Shown here one piece after another: positions 49,587 through 59,199 of a DNA stretch of 64,000 nt. The stretch spans positions 1-64,000 of IMG/VR virus record IMGVR_UViG_3300020718_000009. One strand, given 5' to 3'. The stretch comes from a virus (lineage: Duplodnaviria; Caudoviricetes). The notes beneath the pieces are model-generated. The model made no database searches, was not told where the DNA came from, and saw only the letters and a program-made list of their open reading frames with translations. Numbering within the stretch: position 1 is the stretch's first letter; the number at the start of each line of letters is the position of its first letter. The translations under genes were made by a program, and so were the position numbers.

Positions 49587-50472
49587 GGTATTCGAGAGCT
49601 ATTTCGGTGATAGCATCAATGTTGATGTAATTTCACCAAAACAAGCCCGTATAATGTTGAGTAAAATAAACAAACTAGTAAACGAGCATCGTCAAACTAT
49701 AGAATTTCATCACAGTGAAAAGAATCCAACTTATCTTAAATTAATGATGATGGAACGTGTTTTATCCGCTAAAGTTAAAGAAACAGCCAGTGTTCCCGTT
49801 GGTGTAGCAGTAGGCGCTCCCGCCACGGCTGCCCAACAAAATGCACAAATTGCTCCGGTTAATCCTACAGTAGCAGCAGGAAATGCAGAAAAAGACCAAC
49901 AACGTCAAGCACAAGTTAATAATATTTCTGATCCTAAATTAAAAGATGCTATGCAAAAAGCCACACAAGGTACTGGATCACCAGACGATCAAAAAATGAT
50001 TGCTCAGGCTGCGCTTCAAACAACAAATGAATCTTTACGTCGACAATTATATAATATTCTTCGTGAATCAGAAGTACAGCAAGCACAAGTTATTCTTGCG
50101 GCACAGGATATGGTAGATAACATACAAAAAATGTTAGAAGAAGTTACAAGTATGCAATTTAAAGATTTGCCAGCACTAGTAGATCAAATTAAAAATCAAG
50201 TAGGTGTTGATCAAGCAATGCAATTTAACACAGATTCAACTAATGCTCTTTCTAGTTTAGTTCAAAGTATTCAAGGCACTAAACAACAAATGGATCAAGC
50301 ACTTGGTGTTGTTACAGGTCAAGGAGCTCCCGTTGTACCAGGACAAGATCAAATGGCACCTCAATCGGCGCCTGCTCCCGATGTAGGAGCTCCGGCACCT
50401 GCTCCACAAGAACCAGAAGCCCCAGAAGCCCCAGAAGGTAGTGGTGCTAATTTAGGTCGTGCTAAGAGATAA
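49537..50472 (+). CDS. Putative prohead core/scaffold-like protein
   Basis: MKLFE N-terminus, LRESE site, coiled coil; CTAAATA and GAGG upstream. Confidence 0.5.
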   Translation: MKLFELAAQQPSKKAAKVFESYFGDSINVDVISPKQARIMLSKINKLVNEHRQTIEFHHSEKNPTYLKLMMMERVLSAKVKETASVPVGVAVGAPATAAQQNAQIAPVNPTVAAGNAEKDQQRQAQVNNISDPKLKDAMQKATQGTGSPDDQKMIAQAALQTTNESLRRQLYNILRESEVQQAQVILAAQDMVDNIQKMLEEVTSMQFKDLPALVDQIKNQVGVDQAMQFNTDSTNALSSLVQSIQGTKQQMDQALGVVTGQGAPVVPGQDQMAPQSAPAPDVGAPAPAPQEPEAPEAPEGSGANLGRAKR

Positions 50473-50825
50473 TGTTAATCTTTGAAGTAATAGATTCTGG
50501 TAAAGTTGATTCTACCAAATTATTAGCATTAACTCAGTTTCTTGCTGGCCGTGCCAACGATACTAGTGCCAAAAAACAAATATCAACTTCTGCATTTATA
50601 ACTTTGGCACAAGATTTAGGGGTTAATGTTACCGCAGATTCATTAGGTGATTTAATTGCTAAAGAACCACTAAAAAATGTATTACTACCATACGAACCAA
50701 ATTCTGGAGTAGTCAAATTTAAAGGTAATGAGGAGCCAGGCGAAGAACCAATGGATACAGACCAAGCCGAAAAAATAGTAAGTCAAAATGCCAAATCTGC
50801 TTTGAATCGCGGATTATCTAAATAA
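50472..50825 (+). CDS. Hypothetical protein with MLIFE N-terminus
   Basis: Coupled ORF. Confidence 0.6.
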   Translation: MLIFEVIDSGKVDSTKLLALTQFLAGRANDTSAKKQISTSAFITLAQDLGVNVTADSLGDLIAKEPLKNVLLPYEPNSGVVKFKGNEEPGEEPMDTDQAEKIVSQNAKSALNRGLSK

Positions 50826-50906
50826 ATCAATAAACTACAGTATGGCGGTTGACAATCAATTCGAAACTAAGTACTATTAACATAGTAACATAAAAGGAGT
50901 TTCAAA

Positions 50907-51206
50907 ATGAAAAAGATTATTTTATCGTTGTTATTAGTAACATCTGTATTTGGCACCACTCAAGCTAACGCATGGTGTTGTTATCGCGGTGGATATTATC
51001 ATGGTGGATATAATAGTTGGGTAGCCCCGGCAATTGTTGGCGGAGTTGTTGGATACTCATTAGCTCGCCCTTATTATGCCCCGCCCCCAGTTTATGTTCA
51101 ACAGCCAGTTTATGTTCAACAACCTGCTCCAGCTGGGTATCATCAAGAAAACATTCTTGATGCTAACTGTAATTGTTATAGAACTGTATGGGTACAAAAC
51201 AATTAA
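50907..51206 (+). CDS. Secreted Gly/Tyr/Pro-rich small protein
   Basis: Signal peptide ending ANA; PVYVQQ repeats; promoter TTGACA-17-TACTAT. Confidence 0.75.
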   Translation: MKKIILSLLLVTSVFGTTQANAWCCYRGGYYHGGYNSWVAPAIVGGVVGYSLARPYYAPPPVYVQQPVYVQQPAPAGYHQENILDANCNCYRTVWVQNN

Positions 51207-51367
51207 TTTTTGTCAGTTTATTGTTAATTTCAACTTTATCTAATGCCGCGGGCATTGCTAATCTTTTTAATGATTTAATGAAAAAACCAGTGCCAGCAAA
51301 TCAAAATACACAACGGCCACAGGCGCCAACTACGCCAAAATCTATACCAACACCGGTGAAAAAATAA
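51188..51367 (+). CDS. 59-aa putative secreted Pro/Lys-rich peptide missing from the ORF track
   Basis: MGTKQLIFVSLLLISTLSNA-AGIANLFNDLMKKPVP... Confidence 0.5.
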   Translation: MGTKQLIFVSLLLISTLSNAAGIANLFNDLMKKPVPANQNTQRPQAPTTPKSIPTPVKK

Positions 51368-51368
51368 T

Positions 51369-51671
51369 ATGCCATATTCAGAAAAAGTATTAGAACCTTT
51401 TTTGCCTGAATACAAAACAAACAGTAAAGTTGGTAAATACAAACCTGATTATTTAAATGAAGAAACAAAGCATATTATCGAGGTTTACGGAGATTATTGG
51501 CATTGTAATCCTACTTTAATGGAGGAACATTCTTATCATCCTCAGTTAAAAATGACAGCGAAAGAAAAACGAGAGTTAGACAAACAACGAATAGATTATT
51601 TAAAATCACAAGGATATGATGTAACTATTGTGTGGGAAAGTGATTTAAAAAAATTTATAAAAACATTATGA
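51369..51671 (+). mobile_element. Vsr/DUF559-like endonuclease domain with IscU-like first nine residues
   Basis: PD, IEVYGDYWHCNP, GY.V..VWE.D; N-terminus MPYSEKVLE. Confidence 0.7.
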
Positions 51672-51988
51672 TTACAGTAACAGACACTGCCGCTAATAAA
51701 ATTAAAAATAATCTTGAACGTCGTGGCAAGGGTATTGCTATTCGCATAGGTGTAAAAACTACAGGCTGTTCAGGGTATGCTTATTTCATGGAATATGTTG
51801 ACCAGCTTGATATCGAAGATATATTACTGTCTGATAATAATACTGTAATAGTAACTGATCCAAAATCTATCCCTTTAGTTGCAGGCATTACTGTAGACTA
51901 TGTCCGACAGGGTCTTAATGAAGGTTTTGAATTTAATAATCCCCAGGAAAAAGATCGTTGCGGATGCGGTGAATCATTTCGGATATAG
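51668..51988 (+). CDS. iscA: A-type Fe-S cluster carrier
   Basis: GVKTTGCSG, F.F.NP, CGCGESF. Confidence 0.95.
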   Translation: MITVTDTAANKIKNNLERRGKGIAIRIGVKTTGCSGYAYFMEYVDQLDIEDILLSDNNTVIVTDPKSIPLVAGITVDYVRQGLNEGFEFNNPQEKDRCGCGESFRI

Positions 51989-52029
51989 TTAGGTTGCGGC
52001 AATGTTATTGATGTGTTATAATTAATTTA

Positions 52030-52749
52030 ATGTACATTCCAAAATTTGACTATAAAGATTTATCACGAACCACTGATGAAAACGGTAAAAGACTTTATCA
52101 AACCCCGGATGGTCGCCGAGTTCCATCAGTAACTACAATTCTTTCCGCCACACAACCCGAAGAAAAAAAACAAGCACTGCAAAACTGGCGCAAAGCAGTT
52201 GGGGTAGAGCGAGCACAAGCTATTACTACCGATGCCGCAAATCGTGGTACTCGAATGCACAAATATTTAGAAGATTATATTAAAAATAATATTTTAAGCG
52301 AGCGCGGATCTAACCCTTATAGTTTTGCCTCCCATGCCATGGCACAAACCGTTATTGAAGACGGGCTCAAAAATGTCAACGAAATATGGGGAGTGGAAAT
52401 TCCTTTATATTTCCCTCAAATGTATGCTGGAACAACTGACGGATGCGGATTGCATTTAAATGATGAAAGTATTTTAGATTACAAACAAACAAATAAACCC
52501 AAACGCGAAGAGTGGATTGAGGATTATTATTTGCAACTAGTAGCATACGCACTAGCACACAATGAGGTTTACGGAACTAAAATCCGTAAAGGTGTAGTTT
52601 TAATGTGCGTAAAACCCCCAGTTGATCCCGTTACCATGGAACCACTAGAGCGCCCTAAATATCAAGAATTTATATTAAAACCTGAAGATTTTGACTACTG
52701 GGAACAGCAGTGGTGGAAACGATTAGAGCTCTACTATACAATTAGCTAA
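52030..52749 (+). CDS. PD-(D/E)xK exonuclease (lambda-exo-like)
   Basis: PSVTTIL, RGT.MH, AGTTD, LDYKQ, LQL.AYA. Confidence 0.85.
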   Translation: MYIPKFDYKDLSRTTDENGKRLYQTPDGRRVPSVTTILSATQPEEKKQALQNWRKAVGVERAQAITTDAANRGTRMHKYLEDYIKNNILSERGSNPYSFASHAMAQTVIEDGLKNVNEIWGVEIPLYFPQMYAGTTDGCGLHLNDESILDYKQTNKPKREEWIEDYYLQLVAYALAHNEVYGTKIRKGVVLMCVKPPVDPVTMEPLERPKYQEFILKPEDFDYWEQQWWKRLELYYTIS

Positions 52750-52773
52750 ATACTAGATAAAAGGAATATCAAA

Positions 52774-54375
52774 ATGGCAATAGTGCAAATTAGTCAAATT
52801 AGTAACCGTTTAGGGTTAAACATAGATTTGCCCCAACTAGCGGGCGGAGAATTAGGCTGGTCAACAGATACACGTCAACTTTACATTGGTAACGGCACAC
52901 TAGAGGAAGGCGCTCCGGTTATTGGAAATACTGAAATTTTAACAGAATTTTCAGATATATTAAATTTAGCCGCAGCCTATACCTACAAAGGTACGGCCGC
53001 TGGTTACACCGTACAAACTGGTCCTACCCCTGGATCCCCAGTAGTATTAAGTTTACAATCTTGGTTGGACCAATTTGCCACGGTCAAAGATTTTGGAGCA
53101 ACAGGTAATGGGTTGACTGACGATACAGCCGCCATCAACAGAGCACTTAACCAACTATATTGTCAACAATCAAACCCACAAATCCGCCGTTCATTATTTT
53201 TTCCAGCAGGGGTATATCGTATCAGTGGACCAATTAATATTCCACCTTATGCTACTTTATATGGAGAAGGTCCAGACAATTCTATTATACAAATGGTTGC
53301 CAGCGGTGGATCTGGATCGTATGTAGCACAAACAGCGGATAGCTTACAGCAAACTGGTATTAATATAGGTAACAACGGAGCTACACCTCCAACTGATATT
53401 AATATAATTAATATGGCTTTTCAAAGTCTTGATAATAGTAAAAATATTTTCCTAGTACAGTCAGCTACCGATTGCGAATTCCACGGTGTGAGTTTTATTG
53501 GAGCCGGCACTACAAGTACATTAACTGTGGATACTTTGGGCACTAGCGGTGTTAATTTTGGTAGTTTTGGAATTTCATTGGTCACTACTAATATTTTATT
53601 TGATGGTTGTAGATTTGGCGGAACTGTTTACGGAATTAATACAAGCCAACAAATCAAAGGTGTGGCAGTTAATAATTCTAGTTTTAATATTTTATATCAA
53701 GGCATAGCATTGGGAACCGGATCAATCGTTAATGGCGGTCCGACTGGCACACGCATTACAAATAATGTTTTTGATAACATTTATAGTTATGGAATTATAT
53801 TTGGTGCGATTAGTCTTAACGCAACTGGTTATAATATTTTTTATGATGTAGCAGATCACTTCCAAGGTGTTTCTAATCCAGCATTGCCAATAATTTCATT
53901 CGGCGGAGACAACAATGCTAGTATCGGTGATATGTTCCAACGCTCAGATAGTTATGCGGTTGGTCATCCTAGAATTTATATCGGTGAAACTCTTAGTATT
54001 GCTACAACTAACGGTAGTCAATTGCAATTAGGAACAAAAACCGTACAATCTGGATCAAGTGTTATATTACTTGACGGCGAAGCCAGCCCAACAACAGCAT
54101 TTACAGTACCTATCAATGCTACCGCCACAAGTTTTAAAATTGATTACTCAATAACACGCAGTGGCGATTTTCGAACTGGGACATTTTGGGTAGCCAGTAC
54201 CGGTGGAGAAATTTTTAATTACATGGATGATTATACTGAAAACATACCAAACGGCGGCAATAATATTACATTGAGTGCTAGTCAGTCTGGAACAAATGTG
54301 TTTATTCAATATACATCAACCCCATCTACAAGCGTAGATGCTCAAATGAGTTATTCTATTTCTTATCTTAATTAA
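52774..54375 (+). CDS. Tail/baseplate protein with pectate-lyase-like beta-helix
   Basis: LPQLAGGELGW..D..QLYIGNG; VKDFGATGNGLTDDTAAI; FPAGVY. Confidence 0.8.
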   Translation: MAIVQISQISNRLGLNIDLPQLAGGELGWSTDTRQLYIGNGTLEEGAPVIGNTEILTEFSDILNLAAAYTYKGTAAGYTVQTGPTPGSPVVLSLQSWLDQFATVKDFGATGNGLTDDTAAINRALNQLYCQQSNPQIRRSLFFPAGVYRISGPINIPPYATLYGEGPDNSIIQMVASGGSGSYVAQTADSLQQTGINIGNNGATPPTDINIINMAFQSLDNSKNIFLVQSATDCEFHGVSFIGAGTTSTLTVDTLGTSGVNFGSFGISLVTTNILFDGCRFGGTVYGINTSQQIKGVAVNNSSFNILYQGIALGTGSIVNGGPTGTRITNNVFDNIYSYGIIFGAISLNATGYNIFYDVADHFQGVSNPALPIISFGGDNNASIGDMFQRSDSYAVGHPRIYIGETLSIATTNGSQLQLGTKTVQSGSSVILLDGEASPTTAFTVPINATATSFKIDYSITRSGDFRTGTFWVASTGGEIFNYMDDYTENIPNGGNNITLSASQSGTNVFIQYTSTPSTSVDAQMSYSISYLN

Positions 54376-54788
54376 TGTGGCATACTGATTTTGCTGATAG
54401 GTTAGAAGCCTGGGCAATATTACGGGAAAAGGCACAATCTTTACCTTTGGACGAGGCTCTCCAAATAATCAATGATTGGTGGTTTAATTCTCCCTGGAAA
54501 TCTTATTATTTGCACTGGGATGACAAACCCACTTGGCCTGATCCCTGGCAACTTTTGAATGATAATATTTTTTGTGAACTTGCTCGCGGGCTCGGAATCC
54601 TGTATACTATAACTTTATTGGAACATAAAGATTTGAAGTCAGCAAAGCTGGTTTTGACTGAGGACGATCGTAATTTAGTCTTAGTTAACAAAGAAAAATA
54701 TACACTTAATTGGGATCACAAAGTTATAGTAAATACTCCACTAAGCAGTAAAATTAAAAGAAGTTTTATCCACGAACAAATAAAATAG
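54375..54788 (+). CDS. Hypothetical protein
   Basis: WPDPWQL...FC..ARGLG motif. Confidence 0.65.
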   Translation: MWHTDFADRLEAWAILREKAQSLPLDEALQIINDWWFNSPWKSYYLHWDDKPTWPDPWQLLNDNIFCELARGLGILYTITLLEHKDLKSAKLVLTEDDRNLVLVNKEKYTLNWDHKVIVNTPLSSKIKRSFIHEQIK

Positions 54789-54824
54789 TAGCATAAGTAG
54801 TATACACAATTAAATGAGAGTTGA

Positions 54825-57149
54825 ATGACGCAAATTACAGTTGTAAAAAGAAGCGGAGCAAAAGAACCGCTCCACATTGAAAAGTGGCAAACACAGGTAG
54901 CTAAAATTTGTCAAGGTATTGCCGATGTTAGCCAGTCAATGGTGGAAATCAAAGCACAATTACATTTTTATGATGGTATTACTACGCAAGAAATTGACGG
55001 TATTACTTTAAGAGCTATTGTTGATCTTATTGATATAGAGTCTAATCCGGATGTAGGGCATACCAATTATCAATATGTTGCTGGAAAACAACGTCTATCG
55101 ATGTTGCGTAAAGATGTATATGGAAGTTACGAAGTACCGCACCTATATGAAATTGTAAAGAAAAATGTAGACACAGGTCTTTACACCGCAGAGCTTCTTG
55201 AGTGGTACTCAGAAGACGACTGGAACCGCATGAATGACATGCTGGATCATGATAAAGATGAAGGATATAGTTATGCCGCAATTGAACAACTTATTGAGAA
55301 ATATCTCGTACGCAATCGCGCCACGAAAGAGATCTATGAGACGCCACAGATTAGATATATTATTGCGGCCGCCACTGTGTTCCATAAAGAAGAACCTAAC
55401 TCGGTCCGTATGCGTCTTATTAAAGAATATTATAACTGTGCATCCGATGGCTTGTTCACTCTTGCTACCCCTGTCCTTGCTGGGCTTGGGACTCCTACTA
55501 AACAGTTCAGTAGTTGTGTGCTTATCCGTAGCGATGACAACCTTGATAGTATTTTCGCATCTGGAGAGATGATGGCCAAGTATGCCGCAAAACGAGCCGG
55601 TATCGGATTAGAAATTGGTCGATTGAGGCCGTTAGGAGCACCTATACGTGGCGGGGAAGTTATGCATACTGGCATGATACCTTTCCTTAAAAAATGGTTT
55701 GGTGACTTGCGTAGTTGCTCACAAGGAGGAATTAGAAATGCTTCTGCTACTGTGTTTTATCCAATTTGGCATTATCAGTTTGACGATCTTATTGTTCTCA
55801 AGAACAATCAAGGGACCGAAGAAACACGAGTTCGCTTCATGGATTACGGAGTGGTTCTATCCGCCTTCTTCTGGCGTCGCTTCAAAAACAAAGAACAAAT
55901 AACATTCTTTGATCCCAACGAAGTGCCTGATTTGTATGAAGCGTTTTATAAAAATACTGTTTTGTTTGAAGAACTATATGTTAAATACGAAAAACGTAAA
56001 GACTTACGTAAGAAGCAAATGGCCGCCGAAGATGTATTCAAAGGTGGAATACTAAAGGAGAGAACTGATACCGGCAGAATTTATCTTGTGTTCATTGATA
56101 ATGTTATGAACCAAGGTCCATTTGACCCAGCAGTTCATACCATTTATCAGTCAAACCTCTGTATGGAAATTCTTTTGCCGACTAAGAGCTTCAAACGTCT
56201 GGATGACGAAGAAGGCCGAATCAGTTTATGTACGCTCGGCTCAATGAATTGGGGTGCGTTCCGCAATCCGGAAGATATGCGTAGAGCAAGCAAACTATTA
56301 TTAAGGTCACTTAATAACATTCTTGATTATCAAGACTTCTTGAGTATTCAAAGTAAGTTAAGCAATGACGAGATTTGTCCTATTGGTATTGGTATTACTA
56401 ACTTGGCATATTGGCACGCTAAACGCGGAATGAAATACGGAACTCCAGAAGCGTTAGCTGAAGTTAAGTCTTGGATGGAGCATCAAGCGTTCTATCTCAC
56501 CGAAGCAACTGTAGAATTGGCTAAAGAGCGTGGTGCCTGCTTACATTCAGAAAAAACACGATATGGTCAAGGAATATTCCCGTGGGAATTAAGAGCCGCT
56601 GGGGTAAACGAACTTACAAACTTTGCTCCTGAATTAGACTGGGAAACCTTGCGTGAGCAAATGAAACAGTACGGCGTCCGTAATGCTACAGTAATGGCTG
56701 TAGCACCTGTAGAATCAAGTAGTGTAGTAATTAACTCAACTAACGGCATTGAAATGCCTATGAGCCTTATTACAGTTAAAGAGTCAAAAGCAGGATCGCT
56801 CATCCAAGTAGCACCGGAATACAATAAGTTAAAAGCAAAATATCAACTTATGTGGGATCAAAAAGACTGTATCGAATACCTTAAGACAGCCGCTGTTATC
56901 GCGGCATACACCGATCAAAGCATAAGTACTAATACATTCTATTCGCCGCGACACTTTGCTGATCGTAAAGTACCATCAACACTTATTGCTAAGAATTTAA
57001 TGTTAGCTCATAAGTTCGGGTTAAAATCGATATACTATAGCTTAATCGAAAAAACTGGAAGTAAAGGGCAAGATGAACCAGCTGACACAAAGTTAGAAGT
57101 AATAGACTTTGATGATGACGAAGAAGGCTGCGAAAGTTGTAAACTTTAA
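54825..57149 (+). CDS. nrdA: Class Ia ribonucleotide reductase alpha subunit with ATP cone
   Basis: VVKRSG, ATP.L, SSCVL, SNLCME, AP..SSS, KSIYY, C-terminal CESC. Confidence 0.97.
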   Translation: MTQITVVKRSGAKEPLHIEKWQTQVAKICQGIADVSQSMVEIKAQLHFYDGITTQEIDGITLRAIVDLIDIESNPDVGHTNYQYVAGKQRLSMLRKDVYGSYEVPHLYEIVKKNVDTGLYTAELLEWYSEDDWNRMNDMLDHDKDEGYSYAAIEQLIEKYLVRNRATKEIYETPQIRYIIAAATVFHKEEPNSVRMRLIKEYYNCASDGLFTLATPVLAGLGTPTKQFSSCVLIRSDDNLDSIFASGEMMAKYAAKRAGIGLEIGRLRPLGAPIRGGEVMHTGMIPFLKKWFGDLRSCSQGGIRNASATVFYPIWHYQFDDLIVLKNNQGTEETRVRFMDYGVVLSAFFWRRFKNKEQITFFDPNEVPDLYEAFYKNTVLFEELYVKYEKRKDLRKKQMAAEDVFKGGILKERTDTGRIYLVFIDNVMNQGPFDPAVHTIYQSNLCMEILLPTKSFKRLDDEEGRISLCTLGSMNWGAFRNPEDMRRASKLLLRSLNNILDYQDFLSIQSKLSNDEICPIGIGITNLAYWHAKRGMKYGTPEALAEVKSWMEHQAFYLTEATVELAKERGACLHSEKTRYGQGIFPWELRAAGVNELTNFAPELDWETLREQMKQYGVRNATVMAVAPVESSSVVINSTNGIEMPMSLITVKESKAGSLIQVAPEYNKLKAKYQLMWDQKDCIEYLKTAAVIAAYTDQSISTNTFYSPRHFADRKVPSTLIAKNLMLAHKFGLKSIYYSLIEKTGSKGQDEPADTKLEVIDFDDDEEGCESCKL

Positions 57150-57170
57150 GAAAGTATGTTACAATAGAGT

Positions 57171-57866
57171 ATGGATTATCAACAGATTTACAATAACTTA
57201 ATAGATCGTGCTACACGCAGGGTTAGTGAAGGCTATGTTGAAAAACATCACATAGTTCCTCGCTGTCTTGGCGGAACTGACGCTAAAGAAAACATTGTAA
57301 ATCTTTATCCTGAAGAACATTACCTTGCTCACTTGCTGTTATGTAAAATAAACAAAGGTAACTCAAAATTATTGTATGCCGCAATGAATATGACTTCGGG
57401 ATCTATGATTAATAACGGCAAGCGAAATAATAAAGCATACGGCTGGCTTCGTAGACAATACGCAGAATCTATGTCAGGAGATAACAATCCTAACAGACGC
57501 ACCCCCGAAATACAAAAGAAAGCTGCACTAAAACGAGTAGGACAAAAACGCACGGAAGAAACTAAAGCAAGAATGTCAGCGGCACAAAAAGGTAGAAGTG
57601 TTAGCGAAGAGACAAAACAAAAAATGTCTATATCAGCAAAGAATAAACCTCCCGTTAGTAAAGAGACTCGAGAAAAACTGTCAGCAAAATCTAAAGGGCG
57701 TGTTGGTCCGTGGGCTGGTAAGAAACAGCCAGCTGATGTTGTTGCTAAACGAGCCGATTCTAACCGCGGTAGAAAAGATAGCGACGAAGTTCGATTAAAA
57801 AAATCCGCCGCGGCAAAAATGAGAGAATCCATTAAAAGACAACAGAGAGAATTACTCGAGTCATAG
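57171..57866 (+). mobile_element. HNH homing endonuclease with NUMOD3 repeats
   Basis: EKHHIVPRCLGG...N...L.PEEHY.AH.LL; EETK.KMS repeats; promoter TTGTAA-17-TACAAT at 57137-57165. Confidence 0.9.
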
Positions 57867-57972
57867 ATGGGCAACAGACGGTGTTAAGAATGTTAAACTT
57901 AATGCTGAAGATTTAGATAAGTTCTTGAAAGAGAACAGAACATACAAACAAGGAAGAACAATATAAAGGAAA

Positions 57973-59199
57973 ATGATGAAGAAGCGTAATTACACAAAGG
58001 AAGATGTAACAAAGTTACAAGGTAGTCTAAAAATTGAATACACATTGGCTCGTCGTGGGGCAACCAAACTCCGCGAATTATTGGCAACAGAACCATTTGT
58101 GCCTACCTTAGGCGCATACAATGGACAGCAAGCGGTACAACACGCTAAAGCAGGATTAAAAGCAATTTACTTGTCAGGTTGGCAAGTAGCGGCAGCTGCG
58201 AACGTATCGGGTCGTGTTTACCCTGACCAATCATTGTATCCAGTAAACTCAGTGCCAGAAGTTGTTCGAGCAATTAACAACGCACTTCGTCGTGCTGATC
58301 AAATTCAAACACTAGAAAGAACCAGTGACGATGAACCACAGATGGATTACTACTTGCCAATTATCGCTGATTGTGAAGCAGGCTTTGGCGGTGCTCTCAA
58401 CGCCTACGAATTAACATTGAGTTGTATTGAGGCCGGTGCGGCTGCTGTTCACTTTGAAGATCAACTGAGCTCGGAAAAGAAGTGTGGACACCTGGGTGGC
58501 AAGGTACTGATTCCAATCCGGCAAGCCATTCGCAACCTAAATGCCGCTCGTCTTGCTGCGGATGTAGCAGAAGTAGATACAGTTATTCTCGCTCGTACAG
58601 ATGCAGAGAGTGGAACACTTATTACTACAGATATAGATCCTTTGGATCAACCATTTATTGATTATTCCAAGGAACGTACACCCGAAGGTTTTTATCACTT
58701 TAAAAATGGATTAGGTGCGTGCATTGCTCGTGGCCTTGCTTATGCCGAGTACGCAGACTTACTATGGTTTGAAACATCAACTCCGGATCTGGCACAGGCA
58801 CAGGCATTTGCTGATGCTATTCACGAAAAGTTTCCTGATCAACAGTTAGCATACAACTGCTCACCCAGCTTTAACTGGCGCAAGTATTTGACAGAAGAAC
58901 AATGTGAAAGTTTCCAATCAGAGATTGGTAAAATGGGTTACAAATATCAATTCATCACCCTTGCTGGTTTCCATTGCAACAACCTTGCTACGTTTGAAAT
59001 GGCCGAAGCATATCAGAAAACAGGCATGCGTGGTTATTCAGATATGCAACAGCGTGAGTTCGCCGCACAAGAGCGTGGCTTTACTACAGTTAAACATCAG
59101 CGTGAAGCAGGTGTTCCATACTTTGATGCTATTGCTACAGCAGTTGGCGCCACAAGCACCACGGCCTTAGAACACTCAACAGAAGCGGACCAGTTCTAA
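57973..59199 (+). CDS. aceA: Isocitrate lyase
   Basis: [45 protein letters not shown]. Confidence 0.97.
   Translation: MMKKRNYTKEDVTKLQGSLKIEYTLARRGATKLRELLATEPFVPTLGAYNGQQAVQHAKAGLKAIYLSGWQVAAAANVSGRVYPDQSLYPVNSVPEVVRAINNALRRADQIQTLERTSDDEPQMDYYLPIIADCEAGFGGALNAYELTLSCIEAGAAAVHFEDQLSSEKKCGHLGGKVLIPIRQAIRNLNAARLAADVAEVDTVILARTDAESGTLITTDIDPLDQPFIDYSKERTPEGFYHFKNGLGACIARGLAYAEYADLLWFETSTPDLAQAQAFADAIHEKFPDQQLAYNCSPSFNWRKYLTEEQCESFQSEIGKMGYKYQFITLAGFHCNNLATFEMAEAYQKTGMRGYSDMQQREFAAQERGFTTVKHQREAGVPYFDAIATAVGATSTTALEHSTEADQF

Noticed and set aside
52030-52749. Cas4 as evidence of a CRISPR system
   Set aside because: Lacks the four-Cys Fe-S motif and any cas neighbours; it is a common phage exonuclease
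57329-57874. 181-aa antisense ORF over the HNH gene, and the many other short antisense ORFs
   Set aside because: Shadow frames of real genes with no motifs or expression signals
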